In this document: piece by piece, positions 9,014 to 17,946 of the stretch | Layout: the number at the start of each line of letters is the position of its first letter | How positions within the stretch are numbered: the first letter of the stretch is position 1 | From: an uncultured Tolumonas sp. | Lineage (GTDB): Bacteria > Pseudomonadota > Gammaproteobacteria > Enterobacterales > Aeromonadaceae | Reading direction: 5' to 3' | NCBI RefSeq assembly: GCF_963676665.2 | Contig: NZ_CAXXNL010000011.1 | Span: 1,250,606-1,282,605 of the forward strand | Length of the DNA stretch: 32,000 nt | Program-made: the position numbers and the translations under genes | The notes under the pieces: model-generated | The model's input: only the letters and a program-made list of their open reading frames with translations | Database searches by the model: none | What the model was told of the DNA's origin: nothing

Positions 9014-12000
9014 TCACGCGCGGTAAATTTCTCTCTTTCACCATGATCAACTGGAACGGCTTTTTTGCTCGAACCTTTGAACTCGATCAGATGGTGACGA
9101 CATTATCCGGCGGTAACGGCGCGGGTAAATCGACCAGCATGGCGGCGTTAATCACGGCGCTGATCCCCGATCAGACGTTGCTGCATTTCCGTAATACGAC
9201 AGAAGCCGGTAGTTCTTCGGCCAGCCGTGATCGTGGCTTATACGGTAAATTACAGCGTGGTCACTGTTATTCCCTGATTGATGTACTCAATTCCAAAGGG
9301 CAACGTTTGTGGTTTGGCGTGCACTTAGAGCAAGTGGCTAACCGCGACAACAAAGTCAACATCACGCCATTTTGTTTGCTCGATGTGCCTGCGGCGCTGC
9401 AACCGACTGATTTTTTACTGGAAAAATTAGATAGCGATAAGGCGAAAGTGCGTCCGTTTAACGAACTGCGCAAACAGGCGGCAGAGCTGGGCGCTATTCG
9501 TTTCGTCAAATTCAATTCGGTGACCGATTATCACAATGTGATGTTCGAATACGGTGTGACAGCGAAAAAACTCCGTGATCAACGAGATCGCTCAAGATTT
9601 TATCGCCTGATCGAAGCGTCACTGTATGGTGGTATCTCATCTTCCATCAGCCGTTCGCTGCGTGAATATTTGCTGCCAGAAAATTCTGGTGTGCGGAAAG
9701 CATTTCAGGATATGGAAGCGGCGATCCACGAAAATCGCCGTACTCTTGATGCCATTAAAGATACACAGTCGCAACGCGATCTGTTCCGTCATTTGATCAC
9801 CGAAACCACCAATTATGTGGCGGCCGATTATGTGCGTAATCAGAGCGAAAAGAACCGTTTATCCGAATTGGCGCTGCATGGACGTAAGCAGTTGCAGGAT
9901 AAACAGCGTTTGATCCGCGAAGAAAAACAGCGAGCGATTTATCTGGCAGAAGAAGCCGAGCAGATGGGTGCCCGTGAGAAACATCTGACCGAAGATCTGG
10001 AATTAGCTGCCGAGCATCTGGCGAAAGTCATGGCCGCAACTGGCTTGACCAATAAGATTGTGCAATATCGTGAAGATGTTGAAGATCTGAGCGTTAAAGC
10101 GGAAGAGCAGTCGGCTATTACGCTGGAACTGACGGAAGAAAAAGCCGAGCTGGAGCTGCGGAAATTACAAAGTGAAGACGAAGCCGACAGCCTGAAAAGC
10201 CAGTTGGCCGACTACCAGCAAGCGCTGGATGTGCAGCAGACGCGGGCGATCCAATATCAGCAAGCAGTTAATGCGTTGGAACAAGCACAAAAACTGTGTG
10301 ATTTGGCGGATTTGACCCCGGATAACGTGGCTGGTTTTCAGCAGACCTTACGCGATCAGGAACAACAAGCAACCGACCAAATGTTGTCGTTACAGCAGCG
10401 TCTGCGCTTAGCGAAAGCGGCGGCCGATCAATACGAACAGGCATTTACTACCTTACAGCAAGTCACCGGCCCGATTTTCCGTGAGCAGGCGTGGGAACAG
10501 GCGCAAAAAGTCATCGAACAAGCGCGTGAACACCGTACATTAGTGGCTCGTCGTGCACAGGTTGAAAGTGCTTTGCTGGATATTCGTCGTAATCAGGAGC
10601 AGCAAAATGCGCTGATTGCCGTTCAGGAACAACTGCTGCGTCAGCTCGAAACGCAAGGCAGTCAGTATGACCTGACTGACAACGAGCAGTTGAGCGAGTT
10701 AGCCGCGGCATTGGCAGAACAGCAAGAGGATTTGCAACAACGCTTAGAACACGATCAGCAAGATCGCATTCGACTGCATCATCAACTCGATGCGACACGG
10801 CAACAGATTGAACAGCTGCGGAAAAAAGCACCGGCATGGTTGTTGGCGCATGAGAAATTAGAAAAGCTGCAGGAAATGACTGGTGAAACACTCGATTCAC
10901 CGGTTGCCATCAGTCAGTTACTGCAACGGACGCTGGAACAAGAGCGCTCACTCGAACAGGAAAAACGCCTGTTACAGCAGCAAAAAGAGAGCTTAGAGCA
11001 ACAGCTGCGCAACCTGCAGCAGTTTGCCGGGAATGAAAACCCACAGTTGGTGCGCATTTGCGAGCAACTAGGCGGCGTGCTGTTGACCGATGTGTATGAC
11101 GATATCTCACTTGACGATGCGCCGTATTATTCCGCCTTATTTGGCCCGGCCCGCAGCGCTATTGTGGTGGTTGATCTGGAAGGTGCGATTAATCACCTGA
11201 ATACGCTGACCGAGTTACCGGAAGATATTTATCTGATCCAGGGTAACCCCGATGCGTTCGATGAAAATCTGCACGATGCCAGCGAGTTTGATAAAGCTGT
11301 GTTGGTGCGAGCCAGTCAGCGAGAAATTCGTTATTCTCGTTATCCTGAAGTGCCAGTCTTTGGTCGTGCAGCTCGCGAACAACGTATAGAAGTGCTGTCA
11401 GCACAACGTGATGAAATTGTTGAAACTTATGCCAAGTTGGCATTTGAGCAACAAAAACAGAATCGTTTATACCATCATCTCAGCCAGTTTATGACTGAGC
11501 ACCTGCATGTGGCGTTTGAAGATGACCCAGAAGCAGCGCTGGCGGTTTTACAAACTGAGATCCGCCAGACTGAGAATAATCTGCAGCAACAGCAGCAAAA
11601 CGAACATCAATATCGCCAGCGTGTGATGGCGTTGCAGCAGCAACAACAGCTGGTTGCTCGTCTGCAATCGCAATTTAATCTGTTGTTTGATAATTCGCTG
11701 AATGATCGTCTGCAACAAGCAGAAACAGAATTTGCAACGTGCCAAAGTGCTCAACAGTTCCTCGATCAGCATGACAAGGCGTGTCGTAAGCTGGAAACAT
11801 TACTTGATGCGCTGCGCGAAGACCCTGCTGCATTCGATGAATTACAGCAAGCCAGCTTTGCTGCCGAGCAGCAGCTGACGGCCGTTCGTCGCCAGGCGTT
11901 TGCGCTGGATGAGTTATTTGCCCGTCGTGCCTATTTTGCCTATCACGATGCTGAGAGTTTGTTAGGTCAAACCTCTGAAATCAGTGAGCGGTTAAAACAA

Positions 12001-13464
12001 AAACTGGGCGATGTGGAGCAACTGCGTCGTCAGTTAGCGGAGCAACTGAAACAGATCACACAACGCTATCAGGAAGCGCTGCAAATCCAGACTGCACTTA
12101 ATTCCAGCTTACAGGCTAAAACGCAGACATTGCAAGAGTTCGAGCGTGAGCTGCAACAAATGGGTCTTCAGATAGCGGCTGACATGGAAGATCAGGCGAG
12201 AGGTAAAAAACGCGATCTGGAAGATCAGTTGGTGCGTACCCGTAGTCGCCGCACGCAGGCGGAAACGCAATATCAGATCTGCCGCCGCGATATAGACAGT
12301 TTGAATCAGCGTTTCAATGCAGAAAATAAAGAGTACCGCGCTGCGCGTCATCTGCTGCTGGAACACAAGAAAAACTGGAGTCGTGTATTAACGTTAGCGC
12401 GCACTAATGGCGTAGAAAAACAGCTGAATCGCCGTGAACTGGCGTATTTGGAAGCAGAAGAGCTACGTTCCATGTCCGACAAATCGTTGGGAGCATTGCG
12501 GTTAGCAGTGGCAAACGATGACTCGCTGCGCGACACGCTGCGCTTATCAGAAGGTAATCGACAGACCGAGCAGAAAGTGCAATTTTACATTCAGGTCTAT
12601 CGCTATCTGAAAGATCGCATTCGTCATGACATTATCCGTTCTGATGATCCAATCGATGCGATTGAAGAAATGGAAATTGAGCTGGCGCGTCTGGCCGATG
12701 AACTGAAGCAACGTGAAACGCATCTATCGCTCTCGTCACACGAAGTAGCAGCGAAGATCACTAACATCATTCGCCGTGAGCAAAATCGTATCCGCGTGAT
12801 GAACCAAGGGCTGCAAAACATTACCTTCGGTCAGGTGCGTGGCGTACGCTTGAATGTGAACGTACGAGAGTCATATGCGCGCTTATTGCAAACGTTGGGT
12901 GAACACGCGCAGCAACATCAGGATCTGTTTGCCAGTAACGAACTGAGCTTCTCAGAAGCGATGGCGAAGCTGTTCCAACGCCTGAATCCGCACATCGATC
13001 AGGGCGAGCGTAGTTTCCAAGTGTTGGGTGAAGCGCTGCTTGATTACCGGAATTACCTTGAGTTGGAAATTGAAGTATTACGTGGTGTCGATGGTTGGTT
13101 GCGTGCAGAAAGTGGTGCTTTGTCGACCGGTGAAGCGATTGGTACGGGGCAGGCTATTTTGCTGATGGTGTTGCAAAGCTGGGAAGATGAAAACCGCCGT
13201 CTGCGTAGCAGCGATATTGAACCTTGCCGTCTGTTGTTCCTCGATGAAGCTGCGCGTCTGGATGCTAAATCAATTGCGACACTCTTTGAGTTGTGTGAAC
13301 GACAAGATATGCAACTGTTGATTGCCGCACCAGAAAATATCAGCCCGGAAAAAGGCACCACCTACAAACTGATCCGTAAGGTACATGGTAAACAAGAACA
13401 TGTGCATGTGGTTGGTTTACGCGGATTTGGTGGCAGCAGCGACACACTGCCATTGAGTGCGTAA
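9010..13464 (+). CDS. mukB: Chromosome partition SMC-like ATPase MukB (1484 aa)
   Basis: Walker A is LSGGNGAGKST. Long coiled-coil arms are present, and the C-terminal signature/Walker B region reads LSTGEAIG...LLFLDEAARLD. An ATGA overlap with mukE indicates translational coupling. Confidence 0.97.
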   Translation: MITRGKFLSFTMINWNGFFARTFELDQMVTTLSGGNGAGKSTSMAALITALIPDQTLLHFRNTTEAGSSSASRDRGLYGKLQRGHCYSLIDVLNSKGQRLWFGVHLEQVANRDNKVNITPFCLLDVPAALQPTDFLLEKLDSDKAKVRPFNELRKQAAELGAIRFVKFNSVTDYHNVMFEYGVTAKKLRDQRDRSRFYRLIEASLYGGISSSISRSLREYLLPENSGVRKAFQDMEAAIHENRRTLDAIKDTQSQRDLFRHLITETTNYVAADYVRNQSEKNRLSELALHGRKQLQDKQRLIREEKQRAIYLAEEAEQMGAREKHLTEDLELAAEHLAKVMAATGLTNKIVQYREDVEDLSVKAEEQSAITLELTEEKAELELRKLQSEDEADSLKSQLADYQQALDVQQTRAIQYQQAVNALEQAQKLCDLADLTPDNVAGFQQTLRDQEQQATDQMLSLQQRLRLAKAAADQYEQAFTTLQQVTGPIFREQAWEQAQKVIEQAREHRTLVARRAQVESALLDIRRNQEQQNALIAVQEQLLRQLETQGSQYDLTDNEQLSELAAALAEQQEDLQQRLEHDQQDRIRLHHQLDATRQQIEQLRKKAPAWLLAHEKLEKLQEMTGETLDSPVAISQLLQRTLEQERSLEQEKRLLQQQKESLEQQLRNLQQFAGNENPQLVRICEQLGGVLLTDVYDDISLDDAPYYSALFGPARSAIVVVDLEGAINHLNTLTELPEDIYLIQGNPDAFDENLHDASEFDKAVLVRASQREIRYSRYPEVPVFGRAAREQRIEVLSAQRDEIVETYAKLAFEQQKQNRLYHHLSQFMTEHLHVAFEDDPEAALAVLQTEIRQTENNLQQQQQNEHQYRQRVMALQQQQQLVARLQSQFNLLFDNSLNDRLQQAETEFATCQSAQQFLDQHDKACRKLETLLDALREDPAAFDELQQASFAAEQQLTAVRRQAFALDELFARRAYFAYHDAESLLGQTSEISERLKQKLGDVEQLRRQLAEQLKQITQRYQEALQIQTALNSSLQAKTQTLQEFERELQQMGLQIAADMEDQARGKKRDLEDQLVRTRSRRTQAETQYQICRRDIDSLNQRFNAENKEYRAARHLLLEHKKNWSRVLTLARTNGVEKQLNRRELAYLEAEELRSMSDKSLGALRLAVANDDSLRDTLRLSEGNRQTEQKVQFYIQVYRYLKDRIRHDIIRSDDPIDAIEEMEIELARLADELKQRETHLSLSSHEVAAKITNIIRREQNRIRVMNQGLQNITFGQVRGVRLNVNVRESYARLLQTLGEHAQQHQDLFASNELSFSEAMAKLFQRLNPHIDQGERSFQVLGEALLDYRNYLELEIEVLRGVDGWLRAESGALSTGEAIGTGQAILLMVLQSWEDENRRLRSSDIEPCRLLFLDEAARLDAKSIATLFELCERQDMQLLIAAPENISPEKGTTYKLIRKVHGKQEHVHVVGLRGFGGSSDTLPLSA

Positions 13465-13470
13465 TAATGG

Positions 13471-13497
13471 AAGGCAGCCTTGGCTGCCTTTTCTTTT
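13471..13497 (+). terminator. Rho-independent terminator after mukB
   Basis: The stem AAGGCAGC (13471-13478) pairs with GCTGCCTT (13483-13490) across the loop CTTG, followed by TTCTTTT. Confidence 0.8.
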
Positions 13498-13512
13498 GGA
13501 TAACAATTGAGA

Positions 13513-14439
13513 ATGATGAGCCCAGAGCAAATATTGAGTTCAGCACCGACGGAGTTAATCGCTCGTTTACTGGATAAACGGCAGATCCGTATTCGTAAGC
13601 GCTGGGCCATTATTCAGCTCAACTTATGGTTGCAGCAAGGCTGGGTTACGGCACAAGGTGAGGGCATCTTTAATTTAACGAATGCCGGCGAACAAGCTTT
13701 CCGCCAGTATTTACTCACTCAAGGTGAAAACTCACTGGAGTTGCTGCTACAACAACTGGATATTCAACTGCCAGAGCGTTGTAACAGCCACATCCTTTCT
13801 TATTTGCTAAAACAAGATACCAAAGTCACGCTGGAACACATGCACGAGCATGAAATCAAAGTGTTGCGCGATAGCTATCTGTTGCTGCGTTGTAACCTGC
13901 CGTGCAGTATTTTTATGCAATCAGGCGAATTGATCGATGTCAGCACCTTGTTTAGTGCATGGGGTGAAGTCGCTATTCCTGAGCGAGCGATTAGTGCGAT
14001 TACAAAAATTCTTTGGAAGGAAAAACCGCCACAGCACGTCATTACGATTGATAACCGTGATGCGTTCGTCAGTATGGCATTGCCTGCTGACACGTTACTG
14101 ATCCACGCTCCGCTAAAAGACACGACGATGGCTGAGCAGTTATTTCGTGCGTTGACGGATAATATTCACTGGCGCCATTTCGGCGATCTGTCACCAGTAA
14201 GTTTCCAACAAGCCAATTTGTTTGCTGAGCGAATACAGCGGCAGTTAGCGCTGTTTTTACCTGAAAACTGGCCGGATTACCTGCGACTATTGGGCAAACC
14301 GCTTGTGGCGAACGAGAAATGGGCGTTAGCGGGTCTGACGCGTCAGCAGCAAATAAATTTACAATTCCTCTTCGAGAACCAGCAGAAACTGCCACAACAG
14401 GTCATGGTTTACGCAAAAAACTGGATCCACCTGACATAG
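13513..14439 (+). CDS. Hypothetical protein (~308 aa): putative N-terminal winged-helix plus C-terminal degenerate JetD/MksG-like (DUF2220/Toprim-like) domain
   Basis: This is a long ORF with no competing frame. The track start at 13507 is TTG, and I prefer ATG 13513 or 13516. A wing-like segment reads WLQQGWVTAQGEGIFNLTNAGEQAF. The C-terminal ordered motifs are HVITIDNRDAF (nt 14035-14067), HWRHFGDLSPVSF (nt 14167-14205) and KLPQQVM (nt 14386-14406). They recall the JetD_C pattern ..vENxxxF / YWGDxDxxGF / rLEQE with acidic residues replaced. That it is a CDS is well supported; the family assignment comes from memory of motifs only. Confidence 0.6.
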   Translation: MMSPEQILSSAPTELIARLLDKRQIRIRKRWAIIQLNLWLQQGWVTAQGEGIFNLTNAGEQAFRQYLLTQGENSLELLLQQLDIQLPERCNSHILSYLLKQDTKVTLEHMHEHEIKVLRDSYLLLRCNLPCSIFMQSGELIDVSTLFSAWGEVAIPERAISAITKILWKEKPPQHVITIDNRDAFVSMALPADTLLIHAPLKDTTMAEQLFRALTDNIHWRHFGDLSPVSFQQANLFAERIQRQLALFLPENWPDYLRLLGKPLVANEKWALAGLTRQQQINLQFLFENQQKLPQQVMVYAKNWIHLT

Positions 14440-14547
14440 TTTTGCAAGAAGCGGTGGTCGCTCGTTTTTCTCAGTGGTATAACATAACTCAGCAGGGCAC
14501 TTGAGATGTGCCATCCCCCCCACTAGCCAAACTAAACAGGACGAACC

Positions 14548-15738
14548 ATGTTTGAGAAGGTGACTCAGGCTCCAGCCGACCCTATTTTGGGTTTAACCGA
14601 AGAATTCCGTAATGACCCGCGCACTAACAAAATCAATCTGGGTGTTGGTATTTATAAAGATGAAGCGGGTGCCACGCCAATTCTCAACTGTGTGAAGAAA
14701 GCAGAAAAAATTCTGCTGGAAACAGAAACCACCAAGAACTACCTGAGTATTGAAGGTAATCTGGAATATGGTCAGCTGGTGCAGGAACTGTTGTTTGGTG
14801 CTGATCATGAAATCGTGACCAGCAAACGAGCTAAAACAGCACAAGCACCGGGCGGCACTGGTGCACTGCGTATTGGTGCTGAGTTTTTATTCCGCCAGGG
14901 CATTTCTAAGAAAGTTTGGATCTCTAATCCGACCTGGGTAAACCATTTCCAGGTATTCGGTGTCGCAGGAATGGAAACCGCGGAATACCGTTATTATGAT
15001 GCAGCCAATAAGAACCTTGATTTTAATGGCATGCTGGAATCATTATCTGCTGCGGTAGCAGGTGATGTAGTGCTGCTGCATGGTTGCTGCCATAACCCAA
15101 CCGGTGTTGATCCATCACTGGAACAGTGGGAAGTGTTAGCAAAGTTCTGTGCCGAACGTAAATTGCTGCCATTCTTTGACTTTGCTTATCAAGGCTTCGG
15201 TCGTGGCGTTGAAGAAGATGCGGCTGGTCTGCGTGCTTTTGCTAAGTATAACAAAGAGTTGCTGGTTGCCAGCTCCTTCTCTAAAAACTTTGGTCTGTAT
15301 AATGAGCGTGTCGGTGCCATCACGCTGATTACTGATAATAGCGAAGTTGCACTGCGTGCCTTCAGCCAGATCAAAACTACCATTCGCGCAAACTACTCTA
15401 ATCCGCCATCACACGGCGCTGCAGTAGTTGCGACTGTGCTGAAAGATACAGCTTTGCGTACTGAATGGATCGCCGAAGTTAAAGCCATGCGCGATCGTAT
15501 TTGGGAAATGCGTGAATTATTCGTGCAGAAACTGAAAGCGAAAGGTATTCAGCAGGATTTCAGTTTTATCACGGAACAAAATGGCATGTTCTCATTCTCT
15601 GGTTTGAATAAAGATCAGGTAACTCGTCTGAACAAAGAGTTCGCGATCTATATCGTTGGTTCTGGCCGTATCAGCGTTGCCGGTATTACCAGAAATAACA
15701 TCGAAGCCCTGATTGAAGGCATCGCAGCAGTGATCTGA
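14548..15738 (+). CDS. aspC: Aspartate aminotransferase (396 aa)
   Basis: [14 protein letters not shown]...[11 protein letters not shown]...[15 protein letters not shown] (PLP lysine motif)...[12 protein letters not shown], with the same length as E. coli AspC. Confidence 0.96.
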   Translation: MFEKVTQAPADPILGLTEEFRNDPRTNKINLGVGIYKDEAGATPILNCVKKAEKILLETETTKNYLSIEGNLEYGQLVQELLFGADHEIVTSKRAKTAQAPGGTGALRIGAEFLFRQGISKKVWISNPTWVNHFQVFGVAGMETAEYRYYDAANKNLDFNGMLESLSAAVAGDVVLLHGCCHNPTGVDPSLEQWEVLAKFCAERKLLPFFDFAYQGFGRGVEEDAAGLRAFAKYNKELLVASSFSKNFGLYNERVGAITLITDNSEVALRAFSQIKTTIRANYSNPPSHGAAVVATVLKDTALRTEWIAEVKAMRDRIWEMRELFVQKLKAKGIQQDFSFITEQNGMFSFSGLNKDQVTRLNKEFAIYIVGSGRISVAGITRNNIEALIEGIAAVI

Positions 15739-15758
15739 TTTTCATCGCAGCAGTAAAT

Positions 15759-15788
15759 AAAAAAGCCCTGAGTTTCAGGGCTTTTTTT
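15759..15788 (+). terminator. Rho-independent terminator of aspC
   Basis: The stem AAGCCCTGA (15763-15771) pairs with TCAGGGCTT (15775-15783), followed by a T-run. Confidence 0.8.
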
Positions 15789-15803
15789 GTAGATAAAACG
15801 CAG

Positions 15804-15831
15804 AATAAAAAAAGGGAGCCTAAGCTCCCTT
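15804..15831 (-). terminator. Rho-independent terminator of the BMP/ABC operon
   Basis: The stem AAGGGAGC (15812-15819) pairs with GCTCCCTT (15824-15831) across the loop CTAA. On the minus strand it is followed by TTTTTTATT. Confidence 0.75.
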
Positions 15832-15853
15832 AAATAGATTTGTGATCAGTAAA

Positions 15854-16936
15854 TTATTTAGCAACGGTAGCGTCGATACCTTCAACAAACCAGTTGATCT
15901 GAGCCAGTTCTGCGTCAGTCAGTGAATGACCGGCAGCAACTACTTCTTTACCGGTGTTGTCTTTCAATGGACCAGTAAATGGTTTCAGCTCACCAGATTT
16001 GATTTTGTCGTAGTTGGTTTTGATCGCATCTTTCACATTTTGTGGCAGATTGTCATTGATAGACGCCAGTTTAACTACGTCTTCAGCAAAACCACCCCAG
16101 TAGTCCTGCGGTTTCCAGCTACCATCTTTAACTGCCTGCACAGTCTTCAGATAGTGTGGTTCCCAGTTGTCCTGAATCGAGAAGATATGTGCTTTTGGCG
16201 CGAAATGAGAGACATCCGATGCCTGACCAACTGCACGAATACCTCGTTTTTCAGCAACCAGCATTGGAGCTGGGCTGTCGGTATGCTGCATCATTACGTC
16301 AACGCCTTGATCGATCAGCGCGTTTGCGGCATCTGTTTCTTTACCCGGATCATACCAAGAGTTTACCCAGACGATTTTAATTTTCACGTTTGGATTAACA
16401 GATTTAGCGCCCATGAAGGTTGCATCGATATCACGATATACTTCAGGGATCGGGAATGAAGCGATGTAACCAATAGTGTTGGATTTAGTCAGCAAACCTG
16501 CAGCTACACCAGCTACATAACGGCCTTCATAAGCACGTTGAATGTAAGTAGATACGTTTTTAGTGCGTTTATAACCGGTCGCGTGTTCGAAGATCACGTT
16601 AGGGAATTTTTTCGCTACTTTCAGAGTCGGGTTCATGAAACCGAAAGAGGTGGTGAAAATGATTTTATTACCACCTTTAGCCAGTTGCGTGATCACACGT
16701 TCAGCATCAGCACCTTCAGCCACGTTTTCAACATAAGTAGTTTTGATCTGACCTGGCAGTGCTTTTTCCAGCTCTTTACGTGCACGATCATGTTCATAGC
16801 TCCAGCCATGATCACCTACCGGGCCGACGTACACAAAACCAACTTTCATTGGTTCTTCGGCTGCCGATGCGGCTGAAACAGCGCAGCCGGCAGTCAATGC
16901 GGCTACAGCCAGTAAACGAAAAATCCTTGTTTTCAT
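15854..16936 (-). CDS. BMP-family (PnrA/Med-like) ABC transporter substrate-binding lipoprotein, probably nucleoside-binding
   Basis: I place the start at ATG (complement of 16934-16936), which has a GGAGA SD; the track start is an upstream extension. The signal/lipobox is MKTRIFRLLAVAALTAGC. KVGFVYVGPVGDHGWSYEHD is typical of the BMP family. Confidence 0.85.
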   Translation of the reverse strand: MKTRIFRLLAVAALTAGCAVSAASAAEEPMKVGFVYVGPVGDHGWSYEHDRARKELEKALPGQIKTTYVENVAEGADAERVITQLAKGGNKIIFTTSFGFMNPTLKVAKKFPNVIFEHATGYKRTKNVSTYIQRAYEGRYVAGVAAGLLTKSNTIGYIASFPIPEVYRDIDATFMGAKSVNPNVKIKIVWVNSWYDPGKETDAANALIDQGVDVMMQHTDSPAPMLVAEKRGIRAVGQASDVSHFAPKAHIFSIQDNWEPHYLKTVQAVKDGSWKPQDYWGGFAEDVVKLASINDNLPQNVKDAIKTNYDKIKSGELKPFTGPLKDNTGKEVVAAGHSLTDAELAQINWFVEGIDATVAK

Positions 16937-17019
16937 GCGTATTTCTCCGATCATTTTTAAGAAACACAAGCCAAAGCTTGCGGCTCATCAATTACACAGC
17001 TAAAGCAATCGATGAAAAA

Positions 17020-17946
17020 TTATACTCTGGAATCAAAGGTTTGGCCCAATGACATTGGGGCCGCCAGTTTTTCTTTCATCCGGTTGGAACCGATAAATAT
17101 CATCACTATCAGCGTAGCCAGATATGGCAGCATGGCTAACAGGCTAGGGGAGATCTTGATGCCTAACCCTTGTAGTACCAGATGCATGATGCTGGCGATA
17201 CCAAACAGATAGGCGCCCAGCACCAGATTTTTAGTCTTCCATGATGCGAAAACGACCAGTGCCAGAGCAATCCAGCCGCGGCCTCCAGTCATGTTTTCCA
17301 TCCACATTGGTGTATAAGCTAATGACATGTAAGAACCTGCCAGACCCGCCATGGCGCCACCAAATAGGATCGCCAGATAACGTACAGTCAGAACCGGCAG
17401 CCCAATCGCATTGGCATTATGCGGATTTTCACCAACAGCTCGCAGAATCAAACCGGCACGGGTGCGGACACAGAACCAGCCTACCAGCAGTACCATCAAC
17501 CAGCTGATATAAATCAGCAAGTCATGAGAGAAAAGTAGTGTACCAATAAAAGGTATATCGCCCAGCACTGGGATACGGATGCCTGTAAATCCTTTTACAG
17601 TTTGGCCGACATATGCCGAACCGATAAAGGCACTGAGTCCGGTACCAAAGATGGTTAACGCCAGACCGGTCGCTACCTGATTAGCACGTAAATGCATACT
17701 GATTACACCGAACAATAGTGACATCAGCATGCCTGCTAACATGGCGGCTAAGACACCTAAGAACAAAGATCCGGTGCTGAATGCAGCAATAAAACCGCAT
17801 ACCGCGCCCATCAGCATCATACCTTCCTGACCGAGATTTAGTACGCCTGACTTTTCACAGACCATTTCGCCTAAAGCAACCAGCAATAACGGTGTACCCG
17901 TTTTAATGGCTGCCGTCAGAATTTGCAAAAGCAGTTCATTATCCAT
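17020..17946 (-). CDS. ABC transporter permease (BPD_transp_2 type, YufQ/NupC-like), 308 aa
   Basis: Polytopic hydrophobic ORF. It overlaps the upstream permease by 8 nt and sits in the operon context with the BMP SBP and a duplicated ATPase. Confidence 0.85.
   Translation of the reverse strand: MDNELLLQILTAAIKTGTPLLLVALGEMVCEKSGVLNLGQEGMMLMGAVCGFIAAFSTGSLFLGVLAAMLAGMLMSLLFGVISMHLRANQVATGLALTIFGTGLSAFIGSAYVGQTVKGFTGIRIPVLGDIPFIGTLLFSHDLLIYISWLMVLLVGWFCVRTRAGLILRAVGENPHNANAIGLPVLTVRYLAILFGGAMAGLAGSYMSLAYTPMWMENMTGGRGWIALALVVFASWKTKNLVLGAYLFGIASIMHLVLQGLGIKISPSLLAMLPYLATLIVMIFIGSNRMKEKLAAPMSLGQTFDSRV

Noticed and set aside
11575-11660. CAG/CAA-rich stretch (NNLQQQQQNEHQYRQRVMALQQQQQLV), which looks like a nucleotide repeat.
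   Set aside because: It is in frame within the MukB coiled-coil arm and is simply Gln-rich heptad sequence. It is not a tandem DNA repeat, CRISPR or slippage tract of uniform unit.
9267-13361. Numerous 60-130-aa minus-strand ORFs inside mukB (for example 10511..10900, 11189..11443, 13053..13361).
   Set aside because: They are antisense to a full-length, motif-supported MukB. Their sequences are low-complexity or Arg/Ser/Ala-rich, as is typical of reverse-frame noise, and no SD or promoter features were seen.
15926-17052. Plus-strand ORFs (177, 74, 112 and 97 aa) opposite the BMP binding-protein gene.
   Set aside because: They are antisense to a strongly supported CDS and show no translation signals.
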